From a bacterium (GTDB lineage Bacteria > Bacteroidota > Ignavibacteria > UBA10030), in the NCBI GenBank assembly GCA_043803945.1, contig JAZDJN010000113.1, positions 1 through 26,866 on the forward strand: a stretch of DNA of 26,866 bases, given 5' to 3'. The translations under genes and the position numbers were made by a program. This document shows, in pieces, positions 19,195-26,665 of this stretch. The notes below the pieces were generated by a model. That model saw only the letters and a list, made by a program, of their open reading frames with translations. It did no database searches and was not told where the DNA came from. Position 1 is the first letter of the stretch. Every line of letters starts with the position of its first letter.

Positions 19195-20589
19195 CTAATA
19201 GATGCTTATGGAAACCTGGAGTCCGATGATAGATTCATTGGCATCTCGACGAGGTGTCGGAACGCTATACAGCACATTTCCTGTCAGGCTCACATTCTTG
19301 TATTGATTCATGAGGGCTACACCTTTTAATGAGAATCCAGTCCAATTATAGTTCACACCGATGCCATATTGGTGCCGTATTTCAGGAAATTCGGAAACTT
19401 GTTGAGGCCAATCGGTTAAAGAAATTAGCCCATGTCGTTCTTTATCATAAAAAATATTAATGGATCCTTTCCCAACCTGTTGCACAATATCTAGAAACAA
19501 ATCATCCGCTACATTCCCCATATGATGCCCCATCACAGCTCCAACATTAAGAAAAGCAAGATTCCATGCCCCCCCCGGTCCACCATACCATTTTCTTGTA
19601 TAACCATCATAGCCAAAATGTCCAATAAAACTATGAAAACGAGATCGATTGCGGTAGTTCTGGGAATACTCCAGCCTAAATTCTTGATCTTCTGTTCTAA
19701 GCCATAGCCCTACGGTTTCACCAATATCAAGAAATTCAAACCCTAATGGCCCCACCCAGATTTTATCCTCCTTCTGGAACCAAGCAAAGAGATCCTCACC
19801 TGCGTACTCGTAATAGACCTTTCCATCAATGAAGGGGGGAAAATAATCTTTTAGGAAAGACAGCTTGACGGCGATATCCAAGCTCGCTCGCTGATCATTG
19901 TTATACACAGATTCAACATTTGAATCGCTTGCACCCAGGATTCTAAAGAACTCCCAGAACTTATACTTGCGTTGGTAAATCACCGTTTGATTTGCACCAA
20001 GTTCAAGCCACTCCATGGGATACCAGGATAATCGATGCCCCAGAATTTTAAAATTCTGAGGCCAACCATTAAAGAGTGTATAGTTGAATTTTCCAAGATA
20101 AGGGATGGAAAAGGGTTTCTCTGTCTGAAACTTAACAATTGTAAAAGGTTCTCCATTATTAGAGAGTAAGAGAGATCCATGGACTCCATGGCCCATCCAG
20201 TAAGTACCACGGCCGAGTTCAAGGTAAATGCCAAAGTCTGAAACTTTTATGTATCCCTTCTTTAGTCCAAATGATCGAATAGCACTTGCTTCAAACTCAT
20301 AGCCCATGGAGAGACGAGAAAACAGTTCTGCCTTTCCGGTAAACGAGAGGAAAGATGTCCATCCACGCTCCAGAACATCGCCATCTGAATTTTCCATGCG
20401 ATATGTGAGTGATGGATATCGCGTACTCAATGAATATGTACGCAGGGCTATTTTGCGCAGAGGATTAAACGTGTACCATTGATTGCCTCCCACGATGGAG
20501 TCCCCTGGCGATTCTGACTGAGCAAGCGTTATTGATGGTGACTTCACAAAGAATAGAATGGCCAGGCAAATTAATTGTATTGATTTCAT
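19195..20589 (-). CDS. Capsule assembly Wzi-family outer-membrane beta-barrel
   Basis: Signal peptide; GRGTYWMGHGVHGSLLLSNNGEP, GHRLSWYP, YYEYAGED and MGHHMG motifs; alternating beta-strand C-terminus ending in Tyr. Confidence 0.8.
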   Translation of the reverse strand: MKSIQLICLAILFFVKSPSITLAQSESPGDSIVGGNQWYTFNPLRKIALRTYSLSTRYPSLTYRMENSDGDVLERGWTSFLSFTGKAELFSRLSMGYEFEASAIRSFGLKKGYIKVSDFGIYLELGRGTYWMGHGVHGSLLLSNNGEPFTIVKFQTEKPFSIPYLGKFNYTLFNGWPQNFKILGHRLSWYPMEWLELGANQTVIYQRKYKFWEFFRILGASDSNVESVYNNDQRASLDIAVKLSFLKDYFPPFIDGKVYYEYAGEDLFAWFQKEDKIWVGPLGFEFLDIGETVGLWLRTEDQEFRLEYSQNYRNRSRFHSFIGHFGYDGYTRKWYGGPGGAWNLAFLNVGAVMGHHMGNVADDLFLDIVQQVGKGSINIFYDKERHGLISLTDWPQQVSEFPEIRHQYGIGVNYNWTGFSLKGVALMNQYKNVSLTGNVLYSVPTPRRDANESIIGLQVSISIY

Positions 20590-20623
20590 ATCGCTTTACT
20601 TTCTTCTAAACCTGATCGCAATG

Positions 20624-21655
20624 TTATCTTCTTGGCAAAGAGAGAATTGGCATGCTCCAGCCAAACCAGTCACCAGAGTAATCTCCAGCAGAACCAGGGT
20701 GTGCAGAAAAAGTAATTTTAATCGGTTTATTGCGATACACCGATAGATTTACCGATTCATCAAACCACTTCCTCTGGACTACATACAATGCCGGATTAAG
20801 GAATCGTTGGTACACTGTATCGCGTTTACTATCTGCTTCAACCTGAATCACACCTTTGGCACCATCTCCAGCCAATGTGTTCATCCCAACACCAAAAAAT
20901 AGAACTTCTCCACCCCGATCCGCCGGGAGATTAAATGTAATCTGACTCCCTGCGAGCGTTATCATAGCATCCCGCGGTTCTTCACCAACGTTCCACCGCT
21001 TGATCACAATAACTCCTTTCCCTGTTGAAGTAGAAGAGGCAGCTTGAAATTTGAGTATCGGTCCACTCCAGCCTACCCAATCTCCTGAATTATCGTCACG
21101 CGGCCCCATATCTGCAGCAAATGTGAGCCGGATTGTTTTCCCCTCATATCTTGCAAGTTTGATGGAATAATCGTACCAGCGGCGGTCTGCCACGCTATCT
21201 CGTGGATTGATGTATTGAGTGAAGAGTGTATCTTTCGCGCCTGCAGACTCTATGAAAATGAAAGTGTTACATCCATCGCCGACAAGCGCTTGCATCCCCA
21301 CACCAAACTCCAGATAAGAACCGGGTTGAATTTTTATTGCATCGAATGAGATTGTTGACGGGCCTGTGGTAACAATTGCATCACGACGAATCCCTCCAAT
21401 ATCCCATCCCGTAAGCACAAAAACCGGTTTTCCATTTGGCGTACCTCCAATAGTAGCATTCGGAAGAATTCGGCCTTTCGAAAAATTATCAATAAAATTG
21501 TACCCAACGACTGTCTCAGATAAGATTGTTCCTAGCTGGAAACTTTGGAGAAAATCAAACGCATATTCACTCGGTGATGTTAGATCACATCCCTGAGAAG
21601 TGACCATGAGGATTACGAGAATGAGGAATGATGGAACAGCAATTCTGTGATTCAT
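20624..21655 (-). CDS. Lipoprotein with two tandem beta-sandwich (carbohydrate-binding-like) domains
   Basis: Start MNHR at 21655 after AAGGGG; hydrophobic signal and lipobox-like SQG-C; duplicated FGVGM..GDG..NP..W.D..L..Y..TF.A..SGDW.GWS.PIL. Confidence 0.8.
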   Translation of the reverse strand: MNHRIAVPSFLILVILMVTSQGCDLTSPSEYAFDFLQSFQLGTILSETVVGYNFIDNFSKGRILPNATIGGTPNGKPVFVLTGWDIGGIRRDAIVTTGPSTISFDAIKIQPGSYLEFGVGMQALVGDGCNTFIFIESAGAKDTLFTQYINPRDSVADRRWYDYSIKLARYEGKTIRLTFAADMGPRDDNSGDWVGWSGPILKFQAASSTSTGKGVIVIKRWNVGEEPRDAMITLAGSQITFNLPADRGGEVLFFGVGMNTLAGDGAKGVIQVEADSKRDTVYQRFLNPALYVVQRKWFDESVNLSVYRNKPIKITFSAHPGSAGDYSGDWFGWSMPILSLPRR

Positions 21656-21684
21656 AGAGCCCCTTAAAAAACATCTGTACGAAA

Positions 21685-23199
21685 TCAATATCGTTTTAAT
21701 AAGCCGAGGAAGAGAAGAGCTCGAAAAATATAAGAGCTTGTGATATTCTGAATGCGACCATCCAGAGAGTGATTCAAAAGAGCTAACTCTTGTATTTCCC
21801 TTTCGAGTTTTACGATCCATTCAGTTTTTTCCTTCACTATAAAATCTAAACTATTTGCCCATTGTGATTTCTCTTCAAATGACCTCTGGAGTGAAGTGAT
21901 GAGAATGTCGCGGTCCGTCACCATGGCTTCCAAGTTCTTTGCCCACACGGTTCTCTCTTCAAACGCCTGATTAAGCCCTGTAATGATACTATCACGTTCC
22001 TTCACCAAGACTTCCAAGTTCTTCGCCCACTTGGTTCTCTCTTCAAACGCCTGATTAAGCCCTGCTATGATACCTTCACGTTCCTTCACCATGGCTTCCA
22101 AGTTCTTCGCCCACTTGGTTCTCTCTTCAAACGCCTGATTAAGTCCTGCTATGATACCATCACGTTCCTTTACCAAGACTTCCAACCTTTTTGCCCACTC
22201 CGTCCTCTCTTCAAACGCCTGATTAAGCCTTGCAATGATACCATCACGTTCCTTTACCATGACGTCGAGCCGAACAGCCCAGTCCATGCTTTCGTCATAT
22301 GCTTTGCGTAATTCTTGAATTGTCTTATCCCGTTCTTGCACTATTGAATCTAACTTCTTAGCCCAGGCTGATCGATCCTCAAATTCAATTTCTAATGCTC
22401 TCAATTGTTGCGCGAGTGATGTCTGCTTTGATTCAGCAGAAATATCAAAGTAGAGTGAATTCTGAACGTTTCGATCTGGCGGTATATTTGCGTTCGTACA
22501 GAGAGCAATCAGATAAAGGGGTTCTACGAATCGCTCGGGTCGATCAATCACATCTTCAAGTCCATCACGCACAATGAACTCAAATGCTCGATCCTTCCAA
22601 GAACGAAGGTTCCAGAGCATTGAAGAAATAATCGGCTTTTGGGCAAAAAGTCTCACAATCTTAAAATGCTCTTGAAGCAGCGATTGAAATTCTTCTCTCG
22701 TAAATTCATGCTGATGATATTCATTGGGAGCAGTGCGATATTTATTGTACTCATCTCTTTCCGGAGTCGAAATAACAAGCGATCCATTTTCATGAAGTAT
22801 TTGCCTCACATTTTGAAGGAACAATTTCAGGGAAGGCAGGTCGAGATGCTCGATTGTCTCAAAACTTAGAACAATATCGAACTTCTCATCCATCGAAAAC
22901 GATTCGCAATCACCAACAATGAATTTTAAATTTTGGATTGATTGATAGCGATCGTTCGCCCGTTCAATGGTCTGAGCATCTTTATCGATGCCAACAACCA
23001 TCTCAACAAACGGAGCGATGTGGGCCGCCCCATATCCTTCCCCACATGCGATATCAAGAACACGTTTTCCTTTTACAAACTGTTCTGCGAAGGCATAGCG
23101 GTGGTAATGCTCCAATGCCAGGATTGGATCCGTCTCACCGGGAATGAACCGCTCGCCGGTGAAATGAGAGGTGGCCGTATTTTCCTTTTGATTACTCAA
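21685..23199 (-). CDS. SAM-dependent methyltransferase with long C-terminal coiled coil (WbdD-like chain-terminator architecture)
   Basis: FTGERFIPG, LEHYHRY, VLDIACGEGYG, SFETIEHL and ISTP motifs; seven 28-aa repeats; amphipathic C-terminal tail (YIFRALLFLGLLKRY). Confidence 0.85.
   Translation of the reverse strand: MSNQKENTATSHFTGERFIPGETDPILALEHYHRYAFAEQFVKGKRVLDIACGEGYGAAHIAPFVEMVVGIDKDAQTIERANDRYQSIQNLKFIVGDCESFSMDEKFDIVLSFETIEHLDLPSLKLFLQNVRQILHENGSLVISTPERDEYNKYRTAPNEYHQHEFTREEFQSLLQEHFKIVRLFAQKPIISSMLWNLRSWKDRAFEFIVRDGLEDVIDRPERFVEPLYLIALCTNANIPPDRNVQNSLYFDISAESKQTSLAQQLRALEIEFEDRSAWAKKLDSIVQERDKTIQELRKAYDESMDWAVRLDVMVKERDGIIARLNQAFEERTEWAKRLEVLVKERDGIIAGLNQAFEERTKWAKNLEAMVKEREGIIAGLNQAFEERTKWAKNLEVLVKERDSIITGLNQAFEERTVWAKNLEAMVTDRDILITSLQRSFEEKSQWANSLDFIVKEKTEWIVKLEREIQELALLNHSLDGRIQNITSSYIFRALLFLGLLKRY
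21918..22260. repeat. Intragenic 84-bp tandem repeat, about 4 near-identical units
   Basis: CTCTCTTCAAACGCCTGATTAAG occurs at 21953, 22037, 22121 and 22205, an exact 84-bp period. Confidence 0.95.
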
Positions 23200-23300
23200 T
23201 GCTTTTTTTCTGAATTATATCAAATAGTGAGAGACGTAAGAAGTTAGCGGTTAGATGATTATTATTCCTTTACTCCTAGTCCAAAAGTGTCCCCGTCAGG

Positions 23301-23399
23301 CCTGCCCGACTACGCCGTTCAGGCGGGAAGCATGGCGCCTGTCTGCCGACCTGTCCGCCGAAACGAAGTGTAGGCGGAAGTGCTTGGCACGCAGGCAGG
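23301..23399 (+). repeat. Cluster of CCTG-led hairpin repeats, one nested in another
   Basis: One unit at 23301-23327; an outer unit at 23338-23399 contains an inner unit at 23350-23378 that matches 6143-6171 at 22/29. Confidence 0.7.
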
Positions 23400-23486
23400 G
23401 GCTGGGCACCGAGGATTGAATAAGGAGATGGGAAATGTTTTTTAACTCTTTATTTCCCCACCGTTTATCTCCGTCCATTTTCCAAT

Positions 23487-23536
23487 GGTCGGGGGCAGAC
23501 TTTCCCGCCGTCTTAATGGCGGGGCTCCCTCCCAGC
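23487..23536. repeat. 50-bp REP-like element, copy 1
   Basis: Reverse complement matches 26616-26665 at 41/50; internal stem CCCGCC/GGCGGG. Confidence 0.8.
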
Positions 23537-23590
23537 AGAAAAGACGTTTTTTTTCCTTAAATCTAGTCCGAAGGCGTCTCGCCGAGGATC

Positions 23591-23713
23591 GAATGAAAGG
23601 TAGAAGAGAGATGAGAGATTTTTTTTTATCTACTATTCACCGTTTACCATCTACCCTTCATCGTCTACCTTCCACTACATTCTTCACTCTTTACACTTCA
23701 CTCTTCACTTTCA
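23591..23713. repeat. Heptamer arrays: purine arm, T-run, then about 12 pyrimidine heptamers
   Basis: gaatgaa aggtaga agagaga tgagaga / tctacta ttcaccg tttacca tctaccc ttcatcg tctacct tccacta / tcactct ttacact tcactct tcacttt. Confidence 0.8.
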
Positions 23714-23718
23714 TTTAG

Positions 23719-24444
23719 CTAAACAATCCTTTCCAGCTGCAGCTCCTCAAACCGGGACCGCGGGAATTCACTCGCAATGATCCCATCATGTAATATCAGC
23801 ACTCGATCGCAGAATTCCTTCACCGTCCCCAAATCATGGCTCACAAAGAGAACTGTCTTTCCCTCCTCTTTAAATTTCTGAAAGACCTTCCTACATTTTT
23901 TCTGGAAAAATACATCGCCCACTGCAAGCACTTCATCAACAAGTATTATCGGCGCAGCAGATTGAATGGCAATTGCAAATGCCAATCTCACCTTCATCCC
24001 GGATGAGAGGTGCTCCAGCGGCATATCTGCAAACCGCTCGAGTTCGGCGAAGCGCATCACCTCATCGTATCGAAAGGACATTTCCTTCCGCGGAAAACCA
24101 AGGAGAGAGCCATAGATGAATACATTATCCCTGCATGTCAATCGCGGCTGAAAACCAAGACCCAGTTCCAATAAAGGCGATATTGTCCCACCAAGAGAAT
24201 ACGATCCAGAATTTGGACGATACACTCCGCTAAGAATCCTGAGCAGCGTGGTTTTGCCTGAACCGTTCCTTCCCATGATACCAAGAAATTCTCCTTGGCG
24301 CACATCAAATGAGACATCCCTCAATGCATGGAATATCTCATATTCGAAGGATGTATGCAAAAGCGATGTTAATTGAAAATAGAGCGTATTCCTCATCTGA
24401 TGGGGAATCCGAAACACCTTCGAAATATGTTCAACCTTTATCAT
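23719..24444 (-). CDS. wzt: Polysaccharide ABC transporter ATP-binding protein without C-terminal CBM
   Basis: ALRDVSF, Walker A GRNGSGKTT, LSSGMKVRLAFA, VDEVLAVGD and VSHD motifs; only 241 aa. Confidence 0.93.
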   Translation of the reverse strand: MIKVEHISKVFRIPHQMRNTLYFQLTSLLHTSFEYEIFHALRDVSFDVRQGEFLGIMGRNGSGKTTLLRILSGVYRPNSGSYSLGGTISPLLELGLGFQPRLTCRDNVFIYGSLLGFPRKEMSFRYDEVMRFAELERFADMPLEHLSSGMKVRLAFAIAIQSAAPIILVDEVLAVGDVFFQKKCRKVFQKFKEEGKTVLFVSHDLGTVKEFCDRVLILHDGIIASEFPRSRFEELQLERIV

Positions 24445-25202
24445 TATAAATATTCCGCAATTTTGTGGTCGTTCTTTTTAAAGAACCACCATCCGAACAG
24501 AGTGAAGAGTATGCAAAATACGCCCGTAGAAATAATAAATGAAATAGGCGGTGAATCACCAAACACAAGATAGGCACGCAGTATAACAAGCACGCGGCCT
24601 ATTGGATTCAGCAGAGCTACATCCTTAAGAGGTGCAGGGGCCTCGAGTGCATTATAGACAACAGGGGTAAGCCAAAAACCAATCGTCAGCAAGACATTCC
24701 AGATCTGTGCAATATCTCTAAAATGGATATAAAGGATAGAAAGGATGAATGCCATGGCCAAGCCCAGAAGAATAATCAGAACCAACGGTACCACTGTAAA
24801 TAGCTGTGAGAGTGAAATGTGATCAAATATGCCAACAACAATCATCAACAATACAGTGTTGATAAGAAGAGAAAATATTGCTGTTGCTGTTGATGAAACA
24901 ATAAGTATCGATCTGGGAAAAAAAATCTTTTTTGTCAAAGAAGCTTTATTTTCCAGCGATTGGAGAGAACCGAGAGTAGCATCGGCGAAGAAATTCCAAA
25001 ATACGATTCCGGACAAAAGATAGAGTGTGAACTTCGGTACCTGAACTACAAAGAGGTACGAAAAGACAAAGTGATAGACCAAAAAGAGAGCAAGAGGATT
25101 CAACATCGACCAAAAGTAGCCGAGAACGGAATCCTGGTACTTAAGCCGGAAATCCGCCACAGCAAGCTCGCGAACGATGGAAAAGTAGTTTATAAAAGAC
25201 AT
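24444..25202 (-). CDS. wzm: Polysaccharide ABC transporter permease
   Basis: DFRLKYQDSVLGYFWSMLNPL, KKIFFPR, FRDIAQIW, FWLTPVVY and LNPI motifs; TAATG overlap with wzt. Start set at the Met at 25202. Confidence 0.93.
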   Translation of the reverse strand: MSFINYFSIVRELAVADFRLKYQDSVLGYFWSMLNPLALFLVYHFVFSYLFVVQVPKFTLYLLSGIVFWNFFADATLGSLQSLENKASLTKKIFFPRSILIVSSTATAIFSLLINTVLLMIVVGIFDHISLSQLFTVVPLVLIILLGLAMAFILSILYIHFRDIAQIWNVLLTIGFWLTPVVYNALEAPAPLKDVALLNPIGRVLVILRAYLVFGDSPPISFIISTGVFCILFTLFGWWFFKKNDHKIAEYL

Positions 25203-25243
25203 TATTGGGATTGTCGATTTACGATTGTTGTTAAACAACTACA

Positions 25244-25282
25244 GTTAAGAGTAAATAGTGAAGCGTGAAGAGTTGAGAGTGA
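25244..25282. repeat. Purine heptamer array
   Basis: gttaaga gtaaata gtgaagc gtgaaga gttgaga gtga, resembling the reverse complement of 23677-23713. Confidence 0.75.
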
Positions 25283-25284
25283 TT

Positions 25285-26439
25285 TTACGACAAATAAATC
25301 TTTTCCCATTGAGAAGCATAATTTTTCCAGCTTAGCTCGTCGAGTTTTTGTTTATTAGGGATCAACTCCGACGAATCGCTTAATGCTAATTCAATCTGCT
25401 TGGTAAATGCTTTTACAGAATCGGCTTCGGCGATCCATATTCCCTTCTCCCCCTTCAGGACTTCAAGAGCCCCCACTGTGTTACTGACAACGACCGGAAT
25501 GTTCGAAGCGTATGCTTCCAGGACAATTAATCCAAATGCTTCTTGCTCAGAGGGGCAAACAACAACATCCAGGCAATGGATCACGCGAAAGATATCATCT
25601 CGATGGTCCCAGAGAAGGAAATGATCGTTTATAGGAGAACGATGTACGCTCTCTAAAAAATCCGCTCTATATTTTCGGACTGCCGGGACAATCTCTCCCG
25701 TGATAGCTCCCCCGATTACGATAAAAAGAAGATCAGTTCTCTTTGCAAGCAGCAATTCAGCAGCTTGAAGGAATGTCTGGTGGCCCTTCCAAACCTCATA
25801 ACGGCCGAGTAGTCCGACAACTTTTTTCCCTGCCGGAAGTCCATGCTTTTCCCTGACAGCCCGTTTTTCATTCTCAATCATGGGCCGAAAAAGGGATGCA
25901 TCGACACCATTATACATAACACTTACCTTCGGCTCAAGACCAATTGTATATTTAAGGAGATGCGCCTTTACTGCCTGTGAAGTCGCCACGATGCTACGGA
26001 GCATAAAGGAAGTGAGGAAGTTCAGTAAAAGGCATTGAAACGGAGATGGAAAGAGTATCAGGTTGTAGAAAATATGAATCCGGCATCTCAGCCATGCAGG
26101 AATGAGAAGTAAGAGAGAGAGAATATCCGTGCAATGAATTAATTGAATGTCTTCTGAAAAAATGAATTGCGATAGTTGACGGGCCGCTTTAAGTTCTGCA
26201 TTGAGTATGATTGGATTAAAGAGTTTCAGAAGAATAGCCGGTCTAAACTTTATGAGCTTAACAGCTATCCCGTTTGATCGGGCTTTTTCGGCGAAAGGGC
26301 CTTCTTCAGGTAGAAGTAAAATTGGAGAGAATTGATCCTTATCCAGGGATTTCATAAGATGGAGGAGAGAATATTCACCGCCACCCATCTGGGTGTAGAG
26401 ATTAATAAAGAGAACAGATTTGGGATTCTTCTTTTCCAT
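25285..26439 (-). CDS. Glycosyltransferase family 4
   Basis: MGGGEYSL, YNGVD, GRYEVWKGH and PSEQEAFGLIVLEAYA (E-x7-E) motifs. Start set at MEKK (26439). Confidence 0.92.
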   Translation of the reverse strand: MEKKNPKSVLFINLYTQMGGGEYSLLHLMKSLDKDQFSPILLLPEEGPFAEKARSNGIAVKLIKFRPAILLKLFNPIILNAELKAARQLSQFIFSEDIQLIHCTDILSLLLLIPAWLRCRIHIFYNLILFPSPFQCLLLNFLTSFMLRSIVATSQAVKAHLLKYTIGLEPKVSVMYNGVDASLFRPMIENEKRAVREKHGLPAGKKVVGLLGRYEVWKGHQTFLQAAELLLAKRTDLLFIVIGGAITGEIVPAVRKYRADFLESVHRSPINDHFLLWDHRDDIFRVIHCLDVVVCPSEQEAFGLIVLEAYASNIPVVVSNTVGALEVLKGEKGIWIAEADSVKAFTKQIELALSDSSELIPNKQKLDELSWKNYASQWEKIYLS

Positions 26440-26509
26440 CGGAGAATTATTGATGGAATATAAGAATCTTTTATTGGATTTCAGTGATTCTTCGGGGAAT
26501 AGCAGCAAT

Positions 26510-26602
26510 TAGTGGCCCCCGAATGTCTTTGTCGGGGATCTACCATGCGGCAAAAATGATCTCCGGAGTAGATCCCAAAAAATAAACATCTTGGTATCTC
26601 TA
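26510..26602. repeat. 93-bp REP/MITE-like element, copy B
   Basis: 35/40 identical to 5988-6027, including an exact 21-mer TTGTCGGGGATCTACCATGCG; also shares AGTAGATCCCAAA. Confidence 0.8.
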
Positions 26603-26615
26603 AATATTTCCCCTA

Positions 26616-26665
26616 GCTGGGAGGGAGCTCCGCCAAACAGACAGCGGACAAGGCTGCTCCCGACC
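26616..26665. repeat. 50-bp REP-like element, copy 2, abutting the IS end
   Basis: 41/50 match to the reverse complement of 23487-23536. Confidence 0.8.

Noticed and set aside
21656-21820. N-terminal 55 aa of the 398-aa ORF
   Set aside because: Overlaps the methyltransferase 3' end. The Met at 21655 has an RBS and a lipoprotein signal.
21918-22260. 84-bp repeats as a CRISPR array
   Set aside because: Units are contiguous and in-frame coding, there are no unique spacers, and no cas genes are present.
5988-26665. Palindromic intergenic elements as integron attC sites
   Set aside because: No consistent RYYYAAC...GTTRRRY ends, no one-per-gene spacing and no integrase in the window.
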